64,000 nucleotides of DNA from Methanospirillum sp. (GCA_012728895.1 JAAYEG010000065.1:7538-71537), one strand, 5' to 3'; positions 48,084 through 58,128 are shown, counted from the stretch's first letter. Translations and numbers: made by a program. Notes: generated by a model not told the origin, from the sequence alone.

Positions 48084-49100
48084 AGGTGTCTCCTCGGAAG
48101 GGGTAGGAGTTATCAGCGGGACCCGCGGTTGACGGTGAACTCCATCACCGATCGTACTCAGGCGTGCGGCAACGTCAATCTTCGCGCCGGAGCCGGTCGG
48201 AACCATCCCGGGACCCTCTGCGCAGGGCCCTGTGCGGCCAGCCTGGAGGGGGGGGGGCGATCCGCGAGATCGCGAAGGCCCGGTCCCTCGATTGTTTCGA
48301 GCTCCCCGAGCAGGGAGAGCCCGGCGAGGACGTGGCCGGCCAGGAAGACTCTCGCAAACGAGCCGCCCGTTCCCCGGAGAAACCGGGTGAGTGCGACCCT
48401 TGCGCGGTCGGCCGCGACAGGCCCCCGCCGCCATCGGGCGACGAGGGCGTGCCGGGTATCGGCCGCGTCGGCTCGGGGAGCCGCCAGAAGCGGTTCCCGC
48501 CCACGCCGCAGCCGTTGCGGCGGCACACCGGGGGACCGCCGGCTGTCCGGGGAGAAGGGGCAGCGTGCGTGCCCCGGCAGGAGTCACCCGCCTCGCGGGG
48601 GTCCCGGGGCGGACCCCATCGCCTCCGGTGACCGATGGCGCGGTACCGGGACAAGGCTGTCCCCCTGCTGGAACGCCCTCCTCGCCTGGTGATGATGAAC
48701 GTGCAATCGGCGCCGAGGGGGCCGTGGTCACCATGAGGTCGACCCGTCACGGGCACGCTCCGCCGGAAGAGATCGCGACAGGCCTTGAGGGCGTCCCTGT
48801 CCTGATCCCGGCCCCCGGCATGACGATCGAAAACCCTGGCCCGGGGGATGCCGGCGCATGAACGAGGGGTGACGGCATCGATGAGAGGAAGAAGATCCCT
48901 GCTACCGCCTGGAGCAGGTGAACCGTCCCCTCGCGCCCTCATCGCGAGTCGGTCACTCGAGGGGCTCCGCCTCGCGACAGGCGGTACCAGCGACGCGATA
49001 CGGAGGAGCGCCGATGCGCGCCCTGCCGATCCTCACGTCGATGGGATCCGGCCCACGGATGGAGAAACCTACAAGCGTACTGACGTTGTGGGGATCTACG

Positions 49101-49955
49101 ATGATCTATTTTACCGAAAACGAGATCGACCGATTGATTGAAGACGACGTTCCGGCAGGGGACTTGACAACAACACTGCTGGAACTGTCTGGGAAGAAGG
49201 GTTCGATCTCATTGACCGCCAGAAACGATATGATCGCGTGCTGTACCGAGGAAGCAGCACGGCTTTATAAAAAAGCGGGACTCGAGATCCGGTATGCGGT
49301 CGCTTCGGGAACCAGGTTGCAGACAGGCGAAAAATTGCTCGAAGCGGAGGGCGATGCAAGTGCCATCCATCTGATCTGGCGTACAGGGGATGCCATGATC
49401 GAATACGCATCGGGCATTGCAGGGCGCACGAGGCAACTGGTCGATGCCGCCCGGGCGGAAAACCCCCTGGTTTCGGTCGCCGGAACCCGGAAACACCCCC
49501 CGTTTGTAAAAAAGATAGCGTTAAAAGCGCTTGTGGCGGGTGGCGGGGTGCCGCACCGTACCGGGCTATCCGACACCGTGCTCGTTTTCCGAGAACATCT
49601 TCTTTTCACGGGAGGCTACGAGGGGTTGGCCGGCGTGGTGCGTTGCATCAAAAATAAGCAGCACGAACGGAAAATTGTCGTTGAAGCCCATACCGGAGAG
49701 GAAGCCCTGATGATAGCCAGCTCCGGAGCTGACGCCGTCCAACTGGACAAGATGGCCCAGGAACCTTTTGTCGAATGCGCCAGGCAGTGCCGTGCCATCA
49801 ATCCCGATATCACCATGATAGCAGCGGGGGGCATCAACGGAACCAATGCGGCAGCCTATGCCAGAGCCGGGGCCGATGTGCTGGTTACTTCGTGGATGTA
49901 TTATGCTCCGCCAGCCGATGTCAGGGCGGAGATCGTTCCAATACCCCTTTCCTGA
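49101..49955 (+). CDS. modD: ModD protein (quinolinate phosphoribosyltransferase-fold, molybdenum-transport associated)
   Basis: MIYFTENEIDRLIEDDVPAGDLTT...AGTRKHPPFVKK...VPHRTGLSD...AAGGIN. Markedly lower GC3 than its neighbours. Confidence 0.75.
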   Translation: MIYFTENEIDRLIEDDVPAGDLTTTLLELSGKKGSISLTARNDMIACCTEEAARLYKKAGLEIRYAVASGTRLQTGEKLLEAEGDASAIHLIWRTGDAMIEYASGIAGRTRQLVDAARAENPLVSVAGTRKHPPFVKKIALKALVAGGGVPHRTGLSDTVLVFREHLLFTGGYEGLAGVVRCIKNKQHERKIVVEAHTGEEALMIASSGADAVQLDKMAQEPFVECARQCRAINPDITMIAAGGINGTNAAAYARAGADVLVTSWMYYAPPADVRAEIVPIPLS

Positions 49956-50308
49956 ACGGGGCACAATTTTCACGACCTGTGATGATGCGGTGCGGCAGGC
50001 CTTCCCGCTGCCGCACCCCCTTCCCAGGACCCGCGCATCGATCTCTCTCGAGCGGATCATCGTTCTGTGCCAGGGGCATCCCGTGTGTTTGGTCCAATGG
50101 ATATGCCTCTTTCGGGGTTCCTCGTCGGTGCGGCACACCATCAACCGTGCACCGGTTTCACCCGGTCGACGTTCCGACCCCCGTGTGCGGTGACGAGCGA
50201 GGCCGTGCCTCGCCGGAAGAACGTCCCGGCCGGCGTACCGGGCTCCGTTGCCCCATCGCCTCCTCGATCCGGAGGAGGTGGTGGTACCGCTCGACCCGCC
50301 CGCCGCGG

Positions 50309-51538
50309 TCACCGTCCCGGGCCGTCGACCCAGCGCGAGAGCCGGCCGGCCTCCCGCACCGCCTCGGCGAGCGGGAGGCGGATCCCGGAGCGGCGGGCGT
50401 TCCGGTAGAACCGCCAGCGGTCCCGGAGCCCCAGGGCCCCTCCGCCGCCGGCGGCCAGCAGGCGGTCGAGGGTCTCCCGCTCCCCTCTCATCCACCCGAA
50501 CCTCGCGAGGACGGCCCGGGTGTAGCCCTCCGGGTCCCCCAGGCGATCGGCGAGGAGCCGGGCGCACTCCAGGGAGGGTAGGATTCCCTCGCCGGTGAAG
50601 GGCCCGACGGTCCCGATCGACTCCCCGGCGCCCACGACCAGGCGGGGGCCGCCGTCCCCGGGGGGCCGCCTGGAGAAGAACGGGGTCGCGTAATACGGGG
50701 ACGAGACGCGGACCGCCCCCCCGCAGGCGCAGCACCGGGCGAGACGCGGGCCGCCGCCGGCCCATCCCCGGAGCGAGCGCTCCAGCAGGGTTTCCAGGTC
50801 GGCCGGCCCTATCGCGCCCACCCCGACGTGATAGTCCGTCCCGCCCAGGGGGAAGGCCCAGGTGTACCCGAACCCGGGAACGGCGCTCCCCCGGACGGCG
50901 GGCCCGGGGAGGCGGTCCCCTGGCCCCTCCGCCCTGACGCGGCACTGGAGGGTCCGCATCACGAGGTCCGACCGGCAGGGGGGGAGGAGGGCCCGGGCGA
51001 TCCCCGTCGCATCGACGACCAGGTCGAACTCCCCCGCCTCGGGGGGAGCGAGGAACCGGCGGTGGACCCGGACCGTCCGGACGAGGTCGCGGACGAGGCG
51101 CGGCTTCTCGATCGTGAGAAGCGGGGTCCGGGCCCGCAGCCCCTCGATCACCAGGGTCTCCATCGGCGCGAGGGCGTAGTCGTCGAGCGCGAGGCCGACC
51201 GCGTCGAGGTACGGGCCGAGGCGGCGGGAGACACCCCACCCGCACGGCCGGAGGCCGCACCGCGTGGCATGCGCCATCGGGTCGTAGAGGTCGGGGTCGA
51301 TCCCCCGTGCCGAGAGGAGGGCCGCGAGGTAGGCGCCGGCGGGCCCGGCGCCGGCGATGGCGATGTTCAGGGCCCCACCTCCCGGGGGGTTCTCCGTGAC
51401 CGGCCGAGATCTTCCATCGGTGCGACGTCCTGTTGCCCTGGTCCGAGAAAAAGAGGTCGGTCCGAACCGGCGTCCGGGACGGGGGGACCCTCCCCGATCG
51501 CGGCACGGCGCCGGCCCGTGGACGGGTCGAGGTCTCAA
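50309..51538 (-). CDS. FAD-dependent oxidoreductase, geranylgeranyl-reductase-like
   Basis: NIAIAGAGPAGAYLA (GxGxxG), DLVVDATG and VVGAGESIGTVGPFTGEGI. The first ~55 codons of the ATG-51538 ORF are Arg/Pro/Gly noise, so the true start is uncertain (see finding at 51384). Confidence 0.75.
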   Translation of the reverse strand: MRPRPVHGPAPCRDRGGSPRPGRRFGPTSFSRTRATGRRTDGRSRPVTENPPGGGALNIAIAGAGPAGAYLAALLSARGIDPDLYDPMAHATRCGLRPCGWGVSRRLGPYLDAVGLALDDYALAPMETLVIEGLRARTPLLTIEKPRLVRDLVRTVRVHRRFLAPPEAGEFDLVVDATGIARALLPPCRSDLVMRTLQCRVRAEGPGDRLPGPAVRGSAVPGFGYTWAFPLGGTDYHVGVGAIGPADLETLLERSLRGWAGGGPRLARCCACGGAVRVSSPYYATPFFSRRPPGDGGPRLVVGAGESIGTVGPFTGEGILPSLECARLLADRLGDPEGYTRAVLARFGWMRGERETLDRLLAAGGGGALGLRDRWRFYRNARRSGIRLPLAEAVREAGRLSRWVDGPGR

Positions 51539-51823
51539 CGCGGCCCCCCGCCGTCCGGCAGGACGCGCGAGACCCGGCCCGGTTCTCGATGGCGAGACGG
51601 GGCCGGTCCCGGCAGGAACCGTGTCACTGCCCGGCCGGCCACGTTAACAGCGTTAACACGGGTGCGGAAGGCTGCCCGGAGGTCCTCCACCGGGGGCTTC
51701 AGGTCCGTCCAGGGACAGGCGGGGGGCCCGGTATCCCGGCCCGCTGACAGGGAGGAGCATCCGCTCCACGGATCGGCGCCCACCACCCCGGGGGCCGCCA
51801 GGAGCGCAGCCCCCGCCGGCGGC

Positions 51824-52117
51824 TCAGCTGAGTTTCCGGTAGAGCCCGATCTCGAGAGGACCGTCGAAGAGCGGTCCCGCCTTCTCCACGAAGCCCTGGA
51901 AATGCGGCGTCGCGTTGTGGAGGTCGATCGCAGCCTGGTCCTTCCAGACCTCGATGAACGTGAACCTCGCCGGGTCGGAGAGGTCCGCGAAAAAGTCGTA
52001 CGAGATGTTTCCCGCTTCGTCCCGGGACGCCCGGACCAGGTCCAGGGCGAGCCGCTCGAGGTCCGCGGCCCTCTCCGGGAGGGCGCGGCCCCCCGCCACG
52101 ATGGTGATCATTGCCAA
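51824..52117 (-). CDS. antibiotic-biosynthesis-monooxygenase (ABM) domain protein
   Basis: 97 aa: ...RASRDEAGNISYDFFADLSDPARFTFIEVWKDQAAIDLHNATPHFQGF, the typical ABM/YgiN-like pattern. Confidence 0.8.
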   Translation of the reverse strand: MAMITIVAGGRALPERAADLERLALDLVRASRDEAGNISYDFFADLSDPARFTFIEVWKDQAAIDLHNATPHFQGFVEKAGPLFDGPLEIGLYRKLS

Positions 52118-52550
52118 TTACTCCAGTGCCGATCGGCACTATCGAAGGTCTTCCGGCGAACCGATAAACCTGCGCACGGGAGGCGGCGGGCGACAGGTCG
52201 TCCCGGCGCGCGAGCACGGCTCCCGCCGCGACAGGGACGGCCGGAGGCCGGCGCGGGCGGGATCGCCGGGGCACGGGAGGGTGCAGACAGAGAACCGGAG
52301 TCCGTCTCGTGTCACCGGCAACGGCCGGGCCCCGGTCTTCCATCGCCTGCATGCCCCGCGTGCGCCGGGAGTGCCGGCCCGCCCCCCGGCGCGCCGTCGT
52401 CCCGCCCGGCCGTTCGTGGTCCGGGCGACGACCGGGGCCGGTCAGCGCACTATTCCCGCGTTCGTCGCTCCATCCGTGCGCCGACCCATGCATTCATAAC
52501 AATGCAGGAGTAACGTGCAACCGGTGCCGGCTGCGGCACGGGTATCTATC

Positions 52551-52832
52551 ATGGCAGACGAACAGAAAGGCGGACTGGGCGGGATGCTCGGCGGTATCGG
52601 GAAGGCGATCGGAGGGATCGGCGATTCGGCCAAGGAACAGATGGCGATCACCATGGTCAAACAGGCGCTCTCCGAGATGACCTACCCGGTGACCAAGGCG
52701 GACCTGGCGGCCGAGGCCCAGAAGCGGGGCGCCCCGACCCAGATCATGGACGTGCTCGCGAAGATGGCGGACCGGCAGTACGCGTCGGTCGACGACGTGG
52801 CCGACGAGGCGATGAAGGCCTGGAAGGGCTGA
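52551..52832 (+). CDS. DUF2795-type small protein
   Basis: MADEQKGGLGG...MTYPVTKADLAAEAQKRGAPTQIMDVLAKMADRQYASVDDV matches the remembered DUF2795 pattern (YPxxKxDL...GA...L..LP...Y.S..dV). Confidence 0.7.
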   Translation: MADEQKGGLGGMLGGIGKAIGGIGDSAKEQMAITMVKQALSEMTYPVTKADLAAEAQKRGAPTQIMDVLAKMADRQYASVDDVADEAMKAWKG

Positions 52833-53510
52833 GCGAGTACCGTCTCTTTTTCCCGGCGGAACCCTGCCGGGCTCTGCCGGGCGGACGGAGGCAGTGAGAT
52901 GGGGCCTGAGAATCCGGATCCCGTTCCTCCCGCATTCGGTCGTGTCTTCCCGAACGATCGGGGGCCGTCCCGGTGCATCGTGCTGCCCGGGGGGGTGGGC
53001 GAGGTGCATCGCGGTGGCGCGGCGCGGCAATGAACACCGGCGGGGAGTCCGGTCCCGCTCTCGCGGCGGCGGCCCCGCCGATCCTTTAACCCGCACCCGC
53101 CCCTGCTGCCGGCTCCCCTTCCCCGTCTCGTCGCCGGCACCGGGCTGCCGAGTGAAGTCGCCTCCCGGTGCTGCAGACCAGGGGCGCAGGCCCGCCGAAC
53201 CGGGCCCCCCGGTCCTCTGGCGGCTCTCCGTGCTCCAGGCCCTGCCTGGCGTTCCCGGGACCATCCCCGTGGCATCCACACGCTCGCGCCGGGCTCCCTC
53301 CCGGGCCTGGTGATCGCAGGGGTTCCTTCCGTGAACGGCATGCTCGTCTTCGCCCTGGCCCCCGTCCTGCACGCGCTCTCGCGGTTGTCGGGCCGGGCGG
53401 AGTGACCGCGCGTACACTCTGTTCCCACCGGGCAGAGGCATGACCGCCGGAGAACGGCGCGATCGGTGGAGAGGCGGCGATCCGGTGGCGGGAACCCGGC
53501 GGTCCCCTTC

Positions 53511-55913
53511 CTACCAGACCTCCCGGCCGCCACCGAAGTGCGCCGTGAAGACCTTCTCCGGGTCCCCCGTCTCCTCGACGTTGGGGATGGCCCTCCCGTC
53601 CAGGGACCCGTAGCCCTCCGGCAGGTAGAGCGTGAAGTCCAGGGGGGCCGCTCCCTTCGAGACGGCCTCGAGGTAGTTCGCGATCGCGCAGGGGTCCGAG
53701 ATGGAGGCGTCCCGGCTCCCCGTGTAGCCGCCGCCGTTGGTGGTCTTGTCGGCGTACTGGAAGGCGTCCGCATAGAGGGACGGGGCGGAGAACTCCGCCA
53801 GCGACTGCCCGCCGTAGATGACCGACATGAATAAGTACCAGGAGGTGAACTCCCAGCTCGGCCACATCCCCTGGCCCCACCGCATACCGGGGACGAAGGG
53901 ATCGTCGAAGACGGCCTCGTTCCTGGAGAGCTGGAACGCCGTTCCGGCGAGGGTGACCAGGTGGTACTCCCGGCTGAAGTCGTGTCCGCCGGCGTTCCAT
54001 TCGCGGCGGGTCGGCTTGATGAAGAGCCGGGCTGTCTGGTAGAAGTGCCCCGAGAGCGGCCCGTGCTCCTCGCGCATCTGCATCTCCAGGGCGCGTGCCA
54101 GGATGTAGAACGCGATCGTCCAGTACCCCTTCGTGCCGTTCTCGTCGTAGTCGATCATCCCGTCGCCGTTCCCGTCGAAACCCTCCATGAACGCCGCGAG
54201 GAGCGAGGAGCCGGTCAGCCTGTCGTGCGCCTCCGCGTAGCTCAGGAGGGTCCGCTGCATGTCCCAGAGCATGCAGGAGAGGTTGTGATACATCGTCCCG
54301 GTCATCAGTTCGAGGAACCGGTCGTCCTCGACCCTGCCGAGGTGGCCGTCGAGCGAGGCGAGCGGCGATTCCGTGACGGTGTCCCAGCCCGCAACCCGGT
54401 ACTGCTGCCGCCCCATGCCCCGCCGTTCGGCGTACCGGTAGAGGTTGTACCGGAAGAGCGGCGAGTCGAGCCCCTCGTCCGTGACGATCTGCGTGCCCTC
54501 CACCCGCGCCACCGGGACGTGGCGGACGAACTCCGTGCTCCAGCCGTTCTCCTCCCGGAGCCGGATCCCCTCGGCCATCGGAACGGTCTTGAAGCAGTAC
54601 CGGGCCGAGAAGAGGTCGAGGGCGACCGGGTCGAGGGAGGACCAGAGGTAGCCCTCGGGGCACCGGACCGCGATCCCCTCCGGGTTGTGGTTGAGGTTGA
54701 TCATGTCGATCGAGTCCGAGACGTGGACCATGAAGACCTGCTGGGCCTGGGTCGCGCGGATGACGTCCGCCTGCGTCCCGGGCATCCCGTCGTTCTTCAC
54801 CGCCCGGTACGTCCCGTCCTCGTTCCGCTGCGGCTCGTCGGTCTCCTCGTCGATCTCGACCACCCAGGGCATGTGCGGCAGCCGCGCCTTGTAGGTCGGC
54901 AACGTCGACGAGGGGAGGGCGTACTTCCAGCTCTGCCCCCCGTGCCCCCCTCCGGCCGGGCACTGCACCGGGTAGAGGCCGATCCCCAGGTTCTTGATCG
55001 CGTTCGTTAAAAGGTCCTGCGCGTGGATCTTCAGCTTCGGGACGTTGACCAGGACGCAGCCCGGGTAGTCCGCGAGGTCCGAGGGGTTGGCCGGGTCCCC
55101 GCCGACGATCACCTTGTGCAGGGTGACCTCCCGGAAGTTCGCCCCGCCGGGGACGGGGACGGTCCTCCCGCGCGAGGCGTCGTCCCCCACTCGGTTCAGG
55201 TCGTAGACCATGAGCCGGCCGGTCGCCCTCCCCGGCGGGAGGTAGGTGCCGTCCACGCTCTCCCCGTACCCGCTCATGGGGTCGTCGTCGTGGTCGGACG
55301 GGTGACGGTCGGCGAGGTACCGGCGGACGAAGTAGAACCCCCAGCCCCCGTAGAAGTCGCCGCTCCGCCCCTCGAAGACCGCCTCGGCGGTGATCCGCCG
55401 GCCCGTGTCCCGGCTCCAGAGGAACTCCCAGACGTTGACCGATGTGGATGCCTCCCCGAGCGCCATCTGGTGGTACGTGATGCCGAGCCGATCGTGGAAC
55501 CACCGCATCAGCGCGGCGATCACCGTCCAGTCCGTGCAGATGGGGGCGCCGAGGTCCTCGCCGTGGGTGACGGAGTGGATCGCCGTGGGGCCGACCAGGT
55601 TCGGCTTGAAGACCAGCCGTTTGCCGTCCCGCACCTCCGACCGGACCCGCTCGGCGAACCCGGTCTCGCGGTCGAGGGCCGAGAGGGCCAGGTCGACATG
55701 CGCATGGATGTAGTCGACCCGCTGCACGATCTCCGCCCATGCGGCCTCGTCGCCGTCGTCGATCGCCCTCTGCAGCAGCCCGGGGATCCCCGCGTACGCG
55801 CGGGCCGGCTCCATCCTGGCCCCGCAGACGGCCGAACCGTCGTGGTCGAGCCTCCGTCTTCCCACCGGCGATTCCACCGTCGTGTCCCTCGCACTCGCGT
55901 CGTCTGCGGTCAC
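53511..55913 (-). CDS. large (~800 aa) uncharacterised protein: N-terminal DUF362-like region, long unknown middle, canonical EF-hand loop
   Basis: GKRLVFKPNLVGP (DUF362-like KPNlv strand). FDGNGDGMIDYDENG is an EF-hand loop DxNxDGxIxxxE. Strong GC3 coding signal throughout. Start set at GTG 55913 after GGAGG; alternatives are ATG 55814 and ATG 55952. Confidence 0.7.
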   Translation of the reverse strand: MTADDASARDTTVESPVGRRRLDHDGSAVCGARMEPARAYAGIPGLLQRAIDDGDEAAWAEIVQRVDYIHAHVDLALSALDRETGFAERVRSEVRDGKRLVFKPNLVGPTAIHSVTHGEDLGAPICTDWTVIAALMRWFHDRLGITYHQMALGEASTSVNVWEFLWSRDTGRRITAEAVFEGRSGDFYGGWGFYFVRRYLADRHPSDHDDDPMSGYGESVDGTYLPPGRATGRLMVYDLNRVGDDASRGRTVPVPGGANFREVTLHKVIVGGDPANPSDLADYPGCVLVNVPKLKIHAQDLLTNAIKNLGIGLYPVQCPAGGGHGGQSWKYALPSSTLPTYKARLPHMPWVVEIDEETDEPQRNEDGTYRAVKNDGMPGTQADVIRATQAQQVFMVHVSDSIDMINLNHNPEGIAVRCPEGYLWSSLDPVALDLFSARYCFKTVPMAEGIRLREENGWSTEFVRHVPVARVEGTQIVTDEGLDSPLFRYNLYRYAERRGMGRQQYRVAGWDTVTESPLASLDGHLGRVEDDRFLELMTGTMYHNLSCMLWDMQRTLLSYAEAHDRLTGSSLLAAFMEGFDGNGDGMIDYDENGTKGYWTIAFYILARALEMQMREEHGPLSGHFYQTARLFIKPTRREWNAGGHDFSREYHLVTLAGTAFQLSRNEAVFDDPFVPGMRWGQGMWPSWEFTSWYLFMSVIYGGQSLAEFSAPSLYADAFQYADKTTNGGGYTGSRDASISDPCAIANYLEAVSKGAAPLDFTLYLPEGYGSLDGRAIPNVEETGDPEKVFTAHFGGGREVW

Positions 55914-57255
55914 GATGCCTCCGTTGTTGCGTGATTGGCCGACATCCAGCATAAAGCATGACGATCGCCGTCGTGGGACGGGCCGGGAACGAAGGGTGTG
56001 TACGACCCGGTCCGGGACGAGAACACCGCGAAGGCAGGATCCTGTCCGGGCCAGGACCCGGATAGGGGACTTCCGGGGTGCCGGTATTCTTCGACGGAGA
56101 GGTCCCCCGGGGCCGGACGCGGGGCCGTTCATGCACGGCTCCACCCCGCTCACGGCCACGTGCGCCGCCGGCAGGGAGGGGGCTGGTTGACGAGCTTCCC
56201 GGGAGGGTTCGAGGTTCTCGCGCCGGCGCTGGGCGTCTCCTTCACCTCGCTGCGCGGGATCGACCGGATGGCCGGCGGGTCCAGGAACCCGGTGCAGGTC
56301 CAGCTCCCGGCGAGGCTCGCGGGAGGGCGTGACCGGCTCGACGGGCGCCCATCCCCGGCGGGCTGAAGGGTTCCGGGATCCAGACGCTCCTCGCCGATGC
56401 CCAGGACCCCGCGTCCGGCCCCCCGCACCACTCCACCGACGCGAGCCACGACGGGTCGGCGTACCCGGGGATGGGCGCCCGGAACCCGGTGGAGTCGCCG
56501 GAGCGGGATCCACGGCCGTTCGGGGAGGCACCGGGGGCCGACCTCAGCCAGTGCGTCCTCCACCCGGAGGACATCCGGGCCGGGCGGGCCCGGAGCGGCG
56601 AGGGAGATACCCGGTGGACGGAACTCACCAGGGAGGAGAGCCCGGTGCAGCGAGCAGATCATCGAGGCGCTCGCAGACCCGCCCGTTCGCGGGATGCGGC
56701 CGGCCTCGATGGCGATGGGGATCAGGGGCTGAAACCGGGCCGGGGGTGGCTCCCCGAACAGCGGGGCCCGCCGCCGGGACCATCGAGACGACGCAGGCTG
56801 TCCCCTAGGCCGTTATCCGATGCCCCCTCGCCATGCGTTCGAACGGATGCGATCCGCCTTCTCGGAAGTGCCGGACCGGATCCGGGCGCGTGGCTCCGGG
56901 CCGGTCCGCGCAGCCGGCCACGAGGACGGTCCGGGGCAGGATGGAGGCCGGGGCGGCCCCCGTGCCGAGAGAGGCAGGTGTGCATCGCGGGGATAGCATG
57001 AACACCCCGGTGACGGAGGGCGGAGCGGGGGGTCGCAGGTGGAGAGCGGATCGGCCCGGCGGAGGTACTGCTCCTCCCGGCCGCGGCAGGCCCCGTAGAG
57101 GTTCACGACGCCCCGGCAGGGGTGCGCGGCCTTCGTGAAGGTGGTTCCGGGTCACCGCAGGGGGAGGACTGCATCGATGATCGCTCCTCCTGCTCCTCCC
57201 GCCCGATCCCCCGCGTGTTCAAAAGACTGAGAAATCTTCGGTGACCCGGGGGGCA

Positions 57256-58128
57256 TCAGTCACAGACGGAAAACGAGGGGGAGGACGCGGAACCCCGTCG
57301 TTCTGGTTTCGTTGCGCTGAGCTGGATGCTCGCGATGAACTCCCCGAGGCCGGCCACCAGCCCGGGCGGCAGGTTCATATCGGTCATGATTGCCCTCGCC
57401 GTCGGGTCGTTTGTCATGCAGTCGAGCGTCATCGGGCTCTCGCCGAGGATCCGCACCTCGTGGAACCCGGCGTCCCTCACCAGGTCGAGGTAGTCCTGCC
57501 GGCCGATCGCCCCCGAGAGGCACCCGACGTACGCCCCCACCGACTGCCTGACCCCGTCGGGGAGCGGCCGGAGCAGGACCGTGTCCGAGATCATCAGCCG
57601 CCCGCCGGGTTTGAGGACGCGAAAGGCCTCGCGGAAGACCCGGGCCTTGTCCGGCGCAAGGTTGATGACGCAGTTCGAGACGATCACGTCGACGGACCCG
57701 TCGGCCACCGGCAGGTGCTCGATCTCGCCGAGCCGGAACTCGACGTTGGCGTACCCCCCGGCCCTCGCGTTCTCGCGGGCCCTCGAGAGCATCTCGGCCG
57801 TCATGTCCACGCCGATCACGCGCCCATCGGGTCCGACGCGGCCGGCGGCGAGGAAGCAGTCGAAGCCGGCGCCGGAGCCCAGGTCGAGCACGGTCTCGCC
57901 GGGCTGCAGGGAGGCGAGCGCGATCGGGTTGCCGCAACCGAGCCCGAGGTTGGCCCCGGCTGGGACGGCCTGCAGGTCCTCGTCCGCATAGCCGAGCCGC
58001 CGGCTGATCTCGTCTTGGACGGGGGCGCTCTCGCATCCGCAGCCGGACGGGCCGCAGCAGGAGCCCCCGCTCCGGGCGATCTCTCCGTAGCTCTTCCGCA
58101 CCATCCTTTTCAGCTCGTCGTCGGTCAT
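57256..58128 (-). CDS. arsM: arsenite S-adenosylmethionine methyltransferase
   Basis: [13 protein letters not shown]...GCGCE Cys-rich N-terminus. [14 protein letters not shown] motif. [16 protein letters not shown]. Confidence 0.85.
   Translation of the reverse strand: MTDDELKRMVRKSYGEIARSGGSCCGPSGCGCESAPVQDEISRRLGYADEDLQAVPAGANLGLGCGNPIALASLQPGETVLDLGSGAGFDCFLAAGRVGPDGRVIGVDMTAEMLSRARENARAGGYANVEFRLGEIEHLPVADGSVDVIVSNCVINLAPDKARVFREAFRVLKPGGRLMISDTVLLRPLPDGVRQSVGAYVGCLSGAIGRQDYLDLVRDAGFHEVRILGESPMTLDCMTNDPTARAIMTDMNLPPGLVAGLGEFIASIQLSATKPERRGSASSPSFSVCD

Noticed and set aside
48918-49100. 61-codon N-terminal extension of modD suggested by the ORF track.
   Set aside because: The extension is Arg/Pro/Ser-rich and GC-rich, unlike the rest of the gene. 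The ModD-like sequence and the compositional shift both begin at ATG 49101.
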